A DNA stretch of 64,000 nucleotides from a virus. The stretch is taken from positions 1-64,000 of the IMG/VR virus record IMGVR_UViG_3300020404_000180. The stretch is one strand, 5' to 3'. The notes below the pieces were generated by a model that was not told the origin of the DNA, did not search any database, and saw nothing but the letters and a program-made list of their open reading frames with translations. Every line of letters begins with the position of its first letter. Position 1 is the stretch's first letter. Below, piece after piece: positions 30,701-41,700 of this stretch. The position numbers and the translations under genes were made by a program.

Positions 30701-33700
30701 TCCTAACGCTGTTGTAACGGTGTTGAAGAAGGTTGTAATTGATGATACGACATTTGCACAAGAAGGTGCTGTTGCAACCGTTCTAGTAGCATGTGACATA
30801 TTGTCGTTAGCAATAGCAGTATCAAGGATTGTGAAGAATCCATCTACTAAATTTTGCTCTACAGTTGTTCCTTTATTGTTGTTGTCAGTTACCTGTGTAA
30901 ATCCGTGATTACCCTCTATGGTAATTGTCTCACTAGCAGCTGCTTGTTTAGCAATTGCTTTTGCTATTGCAAATACTGCACGTGATTCTGTTTCTTCTCC
31001 ATCAAGGTGTGTAGAGTTTGTATACAACTGTGCTGCATCATATACTTGCTCATTTCCACCATGTGCTAAGTTGTAAACTACAGTACGTACAAAATCACTA
31101 ACGTCATCTATACAGTTTTGATTTCCACCAGGCACATTGTGTGATGGGTTATCTATGTTGTAACGTTGAACTGACTCAAATGCAATCAAGTCTAAGTTCT
31201 TAAGAATTAGAGTTGCAGCATAACCAGATACAGTTTGTGCAGGAGTATCTAATGTAAGAGTATGATAGTATTGTAATTTTGTTGAGTTACCATAACGATG
31301 TATTGGTAGATTTCTTGATGCTAAGATACATGCATCTTTTGCATTGTTGAATACTTCTACATAACGGTCTCTTGTTAGTGAGAAACCAGGATCAATATAG
31401 AATTTTGCTTGGTCATAGACTCTATCGTTTCCACCCCACTTTAAGTTGTGTGCAAGTGCTTTCTGTATGAAGTCTCTAACATCATCGTAGCATGCTGTAC
31501 TACCTGTAGGAATAGTGTAACCACTATTAGCAGCAAGCATTTTATTGACTGCATAATCTGCAATCATATCTGCGTTACCAAATAGTAACTCTGCAGCATC
31601 AGCATACTTGTTATCTACTGGTATGCTGTTTGGAGTTCTAAATGGTTTCTGTAAATCTGTAAATGTACCAACAGTTCCTGTCTGACCATTAGCAGTATTG
31701 TTTGCTAGGTCTACAACAAATTTTCTGTCGTCAATAATGTCCTTAAGACCATGAGTACCATTGACCACTGCGTTACCAGAGTTAGCAATAGTAATTTCTG
31801 TGATTGCTTTCTTAACTGAGTTAGCACCAGCACTTACAAAATAATGTGTTGAAGTGTCAGATGATACACCAACGTTAACTTCAAATGTATTAGTTTGTTT
31901 GTTTGATATCTTTAACCACTTGTCAAATGCAGGGTCACTACCTCTAGGATATGGATGTTTAGTTGCACGAGAGTCGGTGTCACATTCAAATACAAACGCA
32001 CCAGCATCAAACTTAACTAAGTCTCCGTTTTGGAAACCATGGTTTGCTATGGTTACTTCAAATACACCAGTGCCAGGTGTGTATGTTGCACCAGTAGGTG
32101 TATGCTGACTAAAGTTTGGATATAAGTTATGTCCTCTCTGTACAATAATTGTACAATCATCGCCTGATACAGACCATGATGTCATCTTCTTCGCAATAGT
32201 ATCTGCTGCTACTCCGAAATTTGTTCCACCAATAGTAAGTGCATTAGTACGAGTAGCGGATGATTCATAATAATATTTGACATATGCTACTGCCTCCTGT
32301 GCAATAAATTCTTGGTTTATCTTGATTGCCTCAGCACCATCTAAGAATCTATCACTCTGATTAATAGCAGTAAATCCATAAGGAGAGTTCCTCAAGGATG
32401 CTAGTACATAGTTAGAAGATGATACAACTGTTTGGTCACCAGTTGGGTTGATAGAAGCACCAACCTGTGATATGTTTCCACGAATAACAAATTGTAGTGA
32501 GAAACCATCAGCACGTTCAATACGATGTGTGATGTATTTTCTACCATTGAGGTCTTCAAGGTTGTCTAAGATACTAACGCCAGAACCAGAACCAGTTGTT
32601 ACATCGCTAGCAGTATCAATATTTGCTTGCTTTAGAACAAAGGTTACAGTCAAGTTAGAACTGTTGTACCTAGCAACACCTAAACCTAAATCAGTGTTTG
32701 ATGGTAATGTAGGAGTTCCAGAACCTTGAGTGAATCCATCAATATTATATGTCTTACTAAATCTCTCAAAACCAGCAGGGAAGTTGAATGTAATACCCGC
32801 TTCAGTTAGAGATGCCCAGTTAGCAAATAATGTTCCTGTTTTTGTATTGTCAACACTTGATACAGTAACTGTAATCTCTCCACCAGAGATTGTAAAGTTA
32901 GTATTTGTTGATGTACCGAAATCTATTGCAGAGTTTTGGAAACCATATACTTGAACTTCTTGTCCAACCTCATAGTCATGGAAATCAGAACTTGTACTAG
33001 AACTTGCAAGTGTAAAGATAGGACCGTTATAAGTTGCTACAGTGTTCAGTGATGTGTCAATCGTTGTGATTGATAAGACTCTTTCCTGTATGTCAAATCT
33101 TTGGAAACCCTTACCAGCACTTGTTATATCAATTGTAATAGGATCATCAGCACCAGATGCATTCTTCTGTGTTGCGTTAGCAGCAGATGCTGCTAATCTG
33201 ATATAATCATCGTTTTCTTTATATACAAAATATGCAGTGCCATCAACAAGACCACCTATCGCACCCATTTTTCCAGCACGATATATGATGCCTTCTCCAG
33301 TTGATAGTAAATGATTATCAATAAAGATATTATTTGCTTCTGGCATTATATTACCAGACTCAAATACATGGAAACTATCGTCAGGAGATACATTTGTGAT
33401 GTCTTTTCTACCCTGAGTTACGCTAAGGTTTATAGCGTTAGCATGAGTGTCATATAATTCAATAGTATCTGCATCAATAACTCTGACATAGTAGACAGTG
33501 GTGTCAATTAAACCTGGCAGAGGATTGAGGTTTTCGTCTTTACTATAGTATACTGCTGCACCTGTTTTATATCTGTGTGCAGTAAGTGTAATTCTGTCTA
33601 GAGCAACATCAATAAAGTTTGTACTACCTTTAAATGTGACGAATTCTCTCTCAGCATCAACAGTGTGCTGATAGATTTGGTTAGATATAACTTCTAATTC

Positions 33701-35161
33701 TGGTCTTAATGACTCAGCATCTACAACGTCAAATCTATCTGATACACCAGCGTTATTGAGATCAGTTATGATATTTGCAGCAACTGAATCATAGAATATT
33801 TTCTCAGCGTCTTGGAATACGTCGTTAACACCTGACGTAATTAGTATCGTTACATTACCAGTTGAGTATGGAGATGCGACAGGACCTGTAAAGTTAACTG
33901 TCTGAATTGTACCAAGTGTACCTGATGATCCACCTTGTACAAAGTAGCCTGTCTGTAAAGATGTGTTATTACCTGTGTGATTGTTAAAGGTAACCTTAAA
34001 TATGTTTTGGCCACGAAACTTTTCGCCAGCAACTGCAGGGATCTGGCGTACTTCTGGTTCATAGTAAAGTCTTTGTTTGTCATCAAACACAAACGCAAAC
34101 TTCCATGTATGAATAACTGTACTCTGTGGGTCAGAGGAATTTTGTAGTGCATCTCTGAATACAACACCATTGATGTATGTTTCATTAGACGCCTTGATCA
34201 TATGCCTATCGGCATTCTGTGGTCTTAGAATAACACGACGAAGGTTGTCACCAATCAGTGAACAGTTTCTAGGAAGTGAGATTGGGTTATCTTCAAAGTA
34301 TTCACCACCAGATACAATAATAGAAACGTATTCATCAGATGGGTCTGGAACTGCTTTCTGCAATCCGTAAGCAATCTGTGCTGCTTTCTTGATAGTTTTT
34401 ACAGGTCTTGCTGCAGAACGACCATCGTTTGTATCTAAACCAATGGTTGATGATACGTATACACGACCACCAGTGTCATTAGTAGCAACTTTATATACAA
34501 AGTCAGTGGTAGCAATCCTTCTTGACTGGTCAGTCAGAGGAGGAGTATCAGCACTTGGGAAGAATGTAGTTCCAAATGTAGGACTTGTGACGTCTGTATC
34601 TTCAAAGTTAACTAAGTTTGGTGCTCTTAGATTCAATGAAGGGTTAACAATTGTACTGATATCAAGGTTTGTAACCTGTGCAGTATCAGAAATGATAGAA
34701 CGAGTCGTTCTAATTTGTCCCTCAACATCGAGTTCAAACTCAGGATTATTAGTATTGATACCAACACGAACGTTTTCCTGTGCGTTTTTGTTTATGAATA
34801 ATGCGTCTTTCTCTAATGCACCTGTACCAACAGATACCTCAATAACCTCATCACCTTGAATACTTAATGAACGAACTCTCTTATATGCTAGAGTCGCACC
34901 CGCTGTAATTATACTATTTGCTGAACCTACAAAACTTAAATTATCGTCATCTACCTTAGTTACTGTAAACTCTCCATCTACTTCACCACCACTAGTAAAG
35001 TCAATGTATAATTTATCTGATCCTATTATGCCATGTGCAACCGAAACAATATTACCCACCCCACCAGACGTTCTGCTGTACGTGGCGTTTACCCAGTTTC
35101 CTGTCGCTTTAGACCCAGATGCTTCTATCCTCTGCTGGTCTACATTAAACTTTAAACTCAT
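24782..35161 (-). CDS. Giant (3459 aa) tail-fibre/virion structural protein: interrupted pectin-lyase-like beta-helix, phycobiliprotein-like helical domains, LxADxLDG fibre repeats
   Basis: VYVSS..G.D.NDG..PVKTIKKA, GDNLRRV; LNADKLDG, LDADKLDG, LDAHYVDG, LNADLLDG; C-terminal SSGPVTINNGVTVTINSGGYWSIV. Confidence 0.85.
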   Translation of the reverse strand: MSLKFNVDQQRIEASGSKATGNWVNATYSRTSGGVGNIVSVAHGIIGSDKLYIDFTSGGEVDGEFTVTKVDDDNLSFVGSANSIITAGATLAYKRVRSLSIQGDEVIEVSVGTGALEKDALFINKNAQENVRVGINTNNPEFELDVEGQIRTTRSIISDTAQVTNLDISTIVNPSLNLRAPNLVNFEDTDVTSPTFGTTFFPSADTPPLTDQSRRIATTDFVYKVATNDTGGRVYVSSTIGLDTNDGRSAARPVKTIKKAAQIAYGLQKAVPDPSDEYVSIIVSGGEYFEDNPISLPRNCSLIGDNLRRVILRPQNADRHMIKASNETYINGVVFRDALQNSSDPQSTVIHTWKFAFVFDDKQRLYYEPEVRQIPAVAGEKFRGQNIFKVTFNNHTGNNTSLQTGYFVQGGSSGTLGTIQTVNFTGPVASPYSTGNVTILITSGVNDVFQDAEKIFYDSVAANIITDLNNAGVSDRFDVVDAESLRPELEVISNQIYQHTVDAEREFVTFKGSTNFIDVALDRITLTAHRYKTGAAVYYSKDENLNPLPGLIDTTVYYVRVIDADTIELYDTHANAINLSVTQGRKDITNVSPDDSFHVFESGNIMPEANNIFIDNHLLSTGEGIIYRAGKMGAIGGLVDGTAYFVYKENDDYIRLAASAANATQKNASGADDPITIDITSAGKGFQRFDIQERVLSITTIDTSLNTVATYNGPIFTLASSSTSSDFHDYEVGQEVQVYGFQNSAIDFGTSTNTNFTISGGEITVTVSSVDNTKTGTLFANWASLTEAGITFNFPAGFERFSKTYNIDGFTQGSGTPTLPSNTDLGLGVARYNSSNLTVTFVLKQANIDTASDVTTGSGSGVSILDNLEDLNGRKYITHRIERADGFSLQFVIRGNISQVGASINPTGDQTVVSSSNYVLASLRNSPYGFTAINQSDRFLDGAEAIKINQEFIAQEAVAYVKYYYESSATRTNALTIGGTNFGVAADTIAKKMTSWSVSGDDCTIIVQRGHNLYPNFSQHTPTGATYTPGTGVFEVTIANHGFQNGDLVKFDAGAFVFECDTDSRATKHPYPRGSDPAFDKWLKISNKQTNTFEVNVGVSSDTSTHYFVSAGANSVKKAITEITIANSGNAVVNGTHGLKDIIDDRKFVVDLANNTANGQTGTVGTFTDLQKPFRTPNSIPVDNKYADAAELLFGNADMIADYAVNKMLAANSGYTIPTGSTACYDDVRDFIQKALAHNLKWGGNDRVYDQAKFYIDPGFSLTRDRYVEVFNNAKDACILASRNLPIHRYGNSTKLQYYHTLTLDTPAQTVSGYAATLILKNLDLIAFESVQRYNIDNPSHNVPGGNQNCIDDVSDFVRTVVYNLAHGGNEQVYDAAQLYTNSTHLDGEETESRAVFAIAKAIAKQAAASETITIEGNHGFTQVTDNNNKGTTVEQNLVDGFFTILDTAIANDNMSHATRTVATAPSCANVVSSITTFFNTVTTALGSGSTAGSVSSVTRTAAPGDQQCIDDVMKICRAFQFDLRYGGNSAIVEAANLYISSGAIQYLDNEVQYSRAMFAAAKELSIDAIRNNLETGQFSQIPITSNGSITVDSSAPECANVVSALTTNWGILDNVLSSATAYSGAITNPDPVITEQDQSSYSFPLGNVHLDLPIIEASPYIQNSSLISFLGGSGCEIDGAKVATPNVPRAGLKQNSQGATVAQFDPQGKSMVANAFTIICFGGTAYNISNDGYTQLVSVFAIFCQDGILVQSGGYASVTNSASNFGTFSLRATGFRAEAYTFDVGVIDSITEDVDGNGTPTGRQVIQVSGTSLTNIPIEDYIIKIDGHRSSDLAVEHIILETELVSGSPGTQIVAKIKTNRSMDFTNISNGNRYQSSNDSGFVAGSLALSNLVSLGIKFHRPSVCNSSSHTWEYAGSGNTYAALPQNGGVGLGSAFEAAEEQFGQVYTSGTNEFGDFKVGNFVTIFNRTGAISFVGTVAISELTSIKIVGGDITITGFSAADTLGGTFASDSLLPTQASVKDYISNNLGPYLNQPFSTNAVPSALVQLTSNGKINIDQIPALRPFNITSVASQAERLAIEDANAGDIAIQTSATTFSVASSSVNTGADTITITGHGTSTGDQLTYTEGSSSIGGLATNNVYYVIKIDDNTIKLAATTSNANSGAAITLSSQGSGTHQFVTAGVAISYILENDLESQFLAFAPNSAFQFSNGDIVVGSSTTARGTVQSYNDGAVFNYVISSGGSGYSGDFNLTISAPDDTSNGVQAAATAKVTSGVVTRVEITNLGKGYYSQPTVQVLTSPSGSSNNAVIAAQIEGRVAINIANNIKFEASDFIVDQALANLATGTYSQSGSTTITFTESSHGLSNGSLQFFDFTTGTAPDGFYAITLLNSNQYSITSPTAATTSGNFARKRIVDLTRTINTSASNAANWTQLTSTNIDASNIVAGTIDPERLASKGTANSFSFLRGDSSWEYALQSIRPTTSDAILIGGSITDSSYVDTITIANGGSGYTDGTYQNLPMEGGNVSVTSDDVARATYVVSSGAIISAQVTDSGTGYTGDFSVVIPSELGGGNSAVLNATKGTINRAFGNIEVDIRKGDSLTASSSVYGNYGVFRFRKDVANQAVANQDQGGFLVDNNGQVSIDQGAGSELNADKLDGNDGSFYQTANNIIFGTLDPARLANITYNISISGTADTANRIFNETASLTSNPSPAQAANGVAAALRNNAATGLNDGGTTHGILTYRRQSTGTASTQLGFTDNNNLYIRGNNGINAVYSNWFKIWSEGNDGVGSGLDADKLDGKQGLWYGSGYNIGDTRAGLDHKIGDMFLPEVLGQDKMVFENFFVNDTGNKFTLYIPDFHCNSGVGGNINNGGTYTIYSNDGATNNIGSIVVDSSNGVQEKTHTTGEIYSLVTGTISFVGNNTNANIRVFGPNPGTKWTVTSSNPISSGSSTIIGLRDNASGAKLQIGKAAVSTTPTLDFRSSGQAPDYDVQMIVSGGNGSNGNGTLRFNAGDLTANGNTIWHAGNDGASSQLDAHYVDGYTQSTSASSNTLARRDSSGHLTVNDLYADQGIFSNTGTSILQLADGNGINIGKATTNQLSIKGRQDSNQGYIRFGNDSNAFGWNGTYLSYNNITFRGGRLGIGETNPLARFHVDEGGNTGDGDGSASQTVTGGESMLIQVDTAFTVGHTLGSIVWRTGGRRRAMISGIAENTDSDYLGLTFFTQGTDGSGDFFESMRISRSGNVGVGNFGSGTPSYKLDVKGDIRSTNTIRSTVAQGTAPIAVSSTTVCPNLNADLLDGYSALNLPYLGGSVNQWISDAGGQERFYFSNNSHTYLRTGDDFYFRSNNDTGQGSINGDGGYWTLYSGSDQTQSSYRLEVRGSNGININTSSEGLSSGQRNVVLRADGDKQWIDRYGVFKRNRNSVAENISVNSGDNCLSSGPVTINNGVTVTINSGGYWSIV

Positions 35162-35176
35162 CTCGTTCCTATAAGG

Positions 35177-35710
35177 TTATGATACGACTGTTATATCTAG
35201 AATACCAACCCACTTAACAGTTGAGCTGGAAGTCACACTGGAGACTTGGAACGTAAAGAAAGGCACTCCACCAATCTGAATTGCTGCAGGAACTACATTC
35301 CATGTTTCTTGACCTGGCGGATTGTTTCTGACTACTACTTCGTTAGAAACTACTGCAGTAGGGACACCGCCTGATGTCGTGGTTATAATAATATCAAATT
35401 TTGCTGCGTACACATAGGTGTTATTTGTAGTCTCCTGACCAAATACAGTTGCAGTAGCAAATGAAACAGAGTCATTTACTAATGGTGGTGTGTTTGTAGC
35501 GATAGGAGTGTTGCCATCTAAAGACAATTGCTGTGTGTTGTTAGCAGCATCAGTTTGTCTTTTAAGAATAAAGATATCTTTGTTAGCGTCGGTGAAGTGG
35601 TCACTCACCATGTGCATTGCAGAGATATTTTTCAGAGCTTTAGAAGTGTTCAATACTTCAGTTGCAGCAACTGCGTATCCTCCTATAGATGAAAAGTTCT
35701 TTATTGGCAT
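35177..35710 (-). CDS. Probable small virion structural protein (177 aa)
   Basis: Beta-rich, Thr/Val-rich; directly behind a perfect TATAAATA box. Confidence 0.75.
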   Translation of the reverse strand: MPIKNFSSIGGYAVAATEVLNTSKALKNISAMHMVSDHFTDANKDIFILKRQTDAANNTQQLSLDGNTPIATNTPPLVNDSVSFATATVFGQETTNNTYVYAAKFDIIITTTSGGVPTAVVSNEVVVRNNPPGQETWNVVPAAIQIGGVPFFTFQVSSVTSSSTVKWVGILDITVVS

Positions 35711-35731
35711 GATTTTATAATACCTATGGGT

Positions 35732-35739
35732 TATTTATA
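35732..35739 (-). promoter_or_regulatory. Perfect T4 late promoter TATAAATA overlapping the stop codon of the 2426-aa gene
   Basis: + strand tatttata, about 20 nt upstream of ATG 35710. Confidence 0.8.
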
Positions 35740-38700
35740 CCTTGACCTTTGTAGTTGTGAATCTACCAGTAAAGGATGTGGACGAGGTTGCTGCACTAGA
35801 TTTTGTAAGCGTGATATTAACGTTAGTACCAGCAACAGCAATTGATGCATCAACTAGGTCGTTATCAGATGTTACTGAGTTTGTTACGGTGGCATGTGCA
35901 GTAGTTCCTGCTGCAGCACATATAGATGTAATCTCCAACATATGAACTTTACCATCGTTACTTTCTATAGTTACTAATGTCTTCGCACCTTTGAATGTTG
36001 TCTTATTAAATTGTGTGATAGCAGTGTTAGCAGTAAATGATGTTAACTGTCCACCCTCTACTCTACAGTCATCAAGTTCAACAAAATCAGCAGTAGAATC
36101 AAAGACTGTTAGGTAACTTTCTGTACCACCGTTCCATCCTCTGTTGATTTTCCATGCTGCCTGTGCACCGTTAGCATCCAAACTAACGAAAGGTTTGGAA
36201 TCTAATTGAGTTACATAATCTTGCTGAATAACATCAAGTCTTGCAAATGGACTCTTAGTGCTTGAGAGTGCTGTAACTGGGAAAGTGACATCATTTGCAG
36301 GAGTAGCACCACCAAGTAAGTCACCACCAATTGTAATGATTTCTCCAGTTTCATAGTTACTACCGCCAGTTGCGATGTTTATTTGGTCTATGTTTCCACT
36401 TCCATTAGTGGTGACATTGAATGTTGCTCCTGTACCTTCAAACTGACCAGTTGATACCACACCGTTATATGTTTGTGATACACCATAAGCACCAGTGCTT
36501 GATGTCTCAGTTCCAATCGTTGCTATTGTACCTTGTGTAGGAACTCCTCTTAGTCTTAGTCCGTTAGCAACTTCAAAGTCTTTCTTAGACCTAAAGGATG
36601 CTATGTTAGCACCTTGGAATGTAACTGAGAATGGGTTACCAGCAGCGGTTCCGTTAAAGATTGCTGTGCCAGGTACGTCAAATTGTTTTGCATTCTTAAG
36701 AGTAAACTTATCTTTATCAAGTGATAAGCAATTAACACCTTGAGCAAAGAACTCAAATGTATCTTCGTCAGCGTTTGGTGAAGACTCAGTTAATATGTAA
36801 GTATCTTGGTCAACGTCACGAACACCACCTAGAGATACAAAGTCATTTCCATTGTATCCTTCAAACTGTTGTTGTGTGCTGTTGAATCTAATTGCACCCG
36901 CAAGTCTATCTACGGTGCTTGGTCTTTGGTTAGTTGTACCAGATGGAATTATAAATGCACCTGTACTGTTAACCCAAACACTCTTTCCTCCTGCTGGTTT
37001 CAATACAAGACCTTGACCTTGGGTGTCAGTAACAGTAACAGTGTTTCCAGAACCACCACCGATTGCTCCTGAGTCAAGTGTTATTGTATCACCAATGTAG
37101 TAGTTAGAACCTCTAGCAGATGCTGTTGGAACTACAGATGTAATTGCACCTCCAGAAACTACAACTGTAAATGTTGCTCCAGTACCCTTTCCGTTTGATG
37201 TAGATGTTACGCTACTGTAACTACCGTTTGTATATCCAGACCCAGTTCCTGTAACTGTACATGTAACAACCTCACCAAATGATGATGTTCCACCTGTATC
37301 AGAGTTATTGATTGTGCTTCTTTGAATCTTTAATGCACCATCAACTTCTAAGTTACCCTTAATATCAGTATCACCAGTTAAACTGTTTATACTAAACTGC
37401 TCTGTGGTTCCATCAGTTACTGAGAATAATATATCTGTACCACCTTTTAGAACAAGATTACCAGTTCCTTTTGGTGTAAAAGTAATATCAATGTTTTGGT
37501 CAGCACCTACAGCACTAATTTCAGTAGCATTGTTTATTGATAAGGCAGATTGTACAGTACCTATAACTGTTGTTTCTGTAGCAGGGTCAACCTTAAAGTA
37601 AGGATTTGTTGCACCTAGTAATGAATCTACAGTTAAAGGTGTAGCAGTATCAATAACTGCACCTAATCTAATTTTTTGTACACCCGCTACAGAGAAACTA
37701 AATTCGTTAGCAGCAGACCTGTAGAAACCAGTTGTATCTTCTGATGCTAGAACAAGAGTTGGTGCAGCAGCTGTACCACTCTGTAATTTTACCTTAGCAT
37801 TGTCAACAAAGTTAGTTGCACCATTTGCAGTCAAGTCACCGTTAAGAGTTGTCAATCCTCCTACAGTTAATGTTGTACTGAAACTTGCTCCTGCCTGTCC
37901 AGTCAAGTCTCCTCGTAATGTTGCAGTACCAGTTGTTAATGTATCATTGGATAATGTACTTGTTGTTGATGCTCCAGAACCACAAGTTAGAATACCAGTT
38001 TCTGAGAATCCATATTCTGCAGATTTTAAAGAACCATCTGCAGCAATCGTTGTAACCTCAGAAGTATCAATGGTATTTGCTTTTAATGCAAAGTTACTAC
38101 CATTATCACCTAAACCATTGAAGTTTGTGGTATCAAATACTATGTCTTGTCCTTGGAAGAATGCAGAACCACCAGATGATAATACTGCAGAGAATATATA
38201 ACCTACCTTAGTAACAGTAAACTGGAATCCAGAACCTCCACCAGAACCTACGTCAGCATCATCAACAGTAAGAACGTCACCTACAGTATATCCACTACCT
38301 GATGATACAATGTCAGTTACTGAACTAATACTTGTATCGTTAGCACTTACAGTAAATGTAAATCCAGTTGTGTTTCCTATTAATGATGAGTTTCCAACTT
38401 TAACTACGTCTCCTGCCTTCCAACCAGTTCCTTGTCCACCAGTTGAGAATGCAACAGCAGTAACTGCACCACCGCCACCAACAGTAACATCTATTTGTCC
38501 ACCAACACCATATACACCAGCAGCACCAGTTGTAATTGTGATGTAGGAACTCTCAGACATAGACTGTCCGTGACTTGTACATGTATAGTAAACAGTGCCT
38601 GTGCTTGTAGGTGCGTTTTGTAGAACAACAAAGTCTACAAATGCTCCTGCAGTACCTGGCGTTCCATATTCTCTGATAGCATAGTTTGCAGTATCTGCTA

Positions 38701-41700
38701 ATGTAATAGCATCAAATGATATTGGGTGATTTGTATTACTACTATCAGACATATCCATACGATATGTGTTACCCCTTACAAAGGTCAAAGCTGGTGCTTC
38801 TTGTGGACCTGATCCTGTGTCTATGAAATATCTGTATGTCTCAACGGGTGCTTGTACTAAACTTCCACTACCACCAGATGTAAAGTTGACTGTCTCACCC
38901 TGTTGGAAAGGTCCGTTTGCTAATGATGAGATAACATAGTATGCAAACTGTCCTGCACTATCGACATAAGATACAGTTGCAGTAGCACCTGATGTTGCAC
39001 CAGTTGCTGTGTCGCCAACTGCAGCAGTTCCAGTTATTCCTCCAGTAGAATCAAATTCTAATAGTCCACGGTTTTGTACCGTTACTGGATATGTTGCTGC
39101 AGGAGAATTTGGGTATATGTCTATTTGTTGATATGTTCCTTCTGTACCACCTGTACCAGCAGTAGTGATTGTTCCAGATAATCCAGCAACTGTTAGAGTT
39201 GCAGTAGCACCCGTTCCTGTTCCGCCATTTAAAGTTACGTTCTGATAAGTTCCAACTGCATATCCAGAACCACCAGATAAAATATTACCACCAAAAGGTA
39301 GGACAGTAATACTTGCCTGTGCTCCAGAACCAGAACCACCATTGATTTGGACTGTTGGTGCGGTTGAATATCCTTCACCACCAGATGTCAATGTAATCTC
39401 TGATACCTGACCTAATTCTGTGTCTAGAGTTGCACTAGCAACTGCAGCGTTAGTATTTGCTCCAACAAAACTTACTTGAGGTGTCTGTGAATATCCATAT
39501 CCTGCACCAGTTAATGTAACACTTGCAACAGCATAAGTCATGTTTGCAACTGTCGCAGCTGCTCCAGAACCATTAGGGTCGTTAGTGTTTGCAGTGATTA
39601 CTAGTGATGGTGTGGTAGAAAATACCGCAGTACCAGTTGTTTGTATTGACCTTACTTCACTACCAAGGTTTACAGTAATTGATGCGTCTGTAATTCCAGC
39701 ACCTGTCTCACTGATTGTAAGAGTTGGTGCAGCACCAGTTACATATCCAGAACCTCTGTTTGTAATAGTGATTGCACTAATGTAACCACTTGTCACTGTT
39801 GCTGTTGCGGTGGCAGTTATACCAACAAGGTTGTGTATTTCATTTGGAGTTGCAGCAGCAGTTAATGATATTGGAGAACCACCAGATGTTGCTGATAACT
39901 GTAAAGTATTATTTGTTGTATCTCTGTTTACAATATAATAAGTGTTACCATTAACAAGACCATTTAAGTCTGAGTTACCATTATTATCGTAAGTACATGC
40001 ATCGCCATTTACAAAATCAGATTGAGTAAATGTGATTGTGTTTGCTGCTGTAGATATAGCAGAGTTAGCATCAAATGCTTTTGCTGGAGGTGCACTTAGA
40101 GTTAAGTTTGGTGAACTGTATCCAGAACCACCACTTACTATAATAAGAGATGCAACTCTTGCACCTGTACCTAAACTAACAATGAAACTTACGTTACCTG
40201 TGACAGGAGTTATGTTAGTTGTGACGTCAGGTGTTTGGATGTATAAACCATTACCTTCATTAGTAACATTAACTACACCAATAGAACCATTAGCTGCTAA
40301 TGTAGCAGTCGCTGTTGCAACTTGGTCTGGGTTTGATAGTAAAGGAGCGTTGTATTGCCCTGCATCGTATGCTGTACCCTCATTAACAATAGTAAGTCCA
40401 GTTGTAAGGTTTAATGCCTTTTTGTTTATCGCAAAGTTTTTGTTGGAGAAAATACCATAAGAGGAGAAACCCGCTTGTGTATACGAACCAACTGTAAATG
40501 CACAAGATGAGTTACCTGTACCTAGAATAGATGCTAGTCTATTAGATGCAAAGTATATGTTCTCAGGTGCAACTACCTGACCATTAAGAGTAATATCCTC
40601 ATCACCAGCTGGGTCAAGGATTATCTTACCAGAAGTAGATGTTAAACTGTTACCAGCAAGACGTAAGTTACCTGTCTCAACGTATGCAGGATATATGTTT
40701 GTAGTACCTGTCTCATCACTTAATGTAATGTTTGCAGCTGACTGAGCTGATGATGTTGCTTGGAATTGAACATTACCAGTTTCTTGGTCTACTGTAAATG
40801 CATCACCTACACGGAAGTCACCGTCTTGGTCTGTAGATGAATATAGAACTTTACCACTATTAAGTTCTTCTACCTCATTTGCTTGTACTGCTAGAGATGG
40901 GTCATTGGTAAAGTCAGGACCTGCTCCAACATAACCAAAGTTATGTGCAGTTAAAATTAGTTTTGTACCAGCACCGTCTGCCTGTACACCTTTATTACCG
41001 TATACACATGCAGATGCAACTGAACGCATCTCTGCACCAAATGCAGAATAATCTGCAGTGGTTACAACAGTAGCAGAGTCACCACCACTAGAACGGATGT
41101 CACTGGTTCCACCAGAACTATCTGTAAAAATTGTAGTAGCATCATTACCACCACCATGTAATAGTAATACAGTAAAGAGGTCTGATGTGAACTCACTAGT
41201 TGTAGGAGTAAAGTTACCAGAGTATGAACCTTGTGCTTTCTTGATTCTTACTTCATCAATATGACCGTTGAATGCTTCAGCAGGAGATGTTGTGTCATAG
41301 TTAGAACCAATGACAACAGGTTTTGTGTCACCGTAATTATTTGTGTCAGTGTAACTAGAACCTAACTCTGTACCATCTAAGAATAATCTTGTAACACCAT
41401 TACTTCTAGAAACAGCAACGTGATACCATGTATTAACAGATAATGTTCCACCATTGATTTGAGATGTATTTCCTACAGCATATCTTAGTGCTGTACCATC
41501 CATGTATACAGTTGGTGCTGTATCGGTAGCAGAAGCGTTTCTAAGGTCGAAGATACGCTGTGTACCTGTCACACTAGCAGGACGTATAAATGCCTCTAAA
41601 GTCCAGTTTGCAGTACCAAATCCAAAGTCTGCATTAGTAGGAACTTGTAAGTTATCCTGAGTACCGTCAAAGATGATAGATGAACCACTAAACTTGCTCT

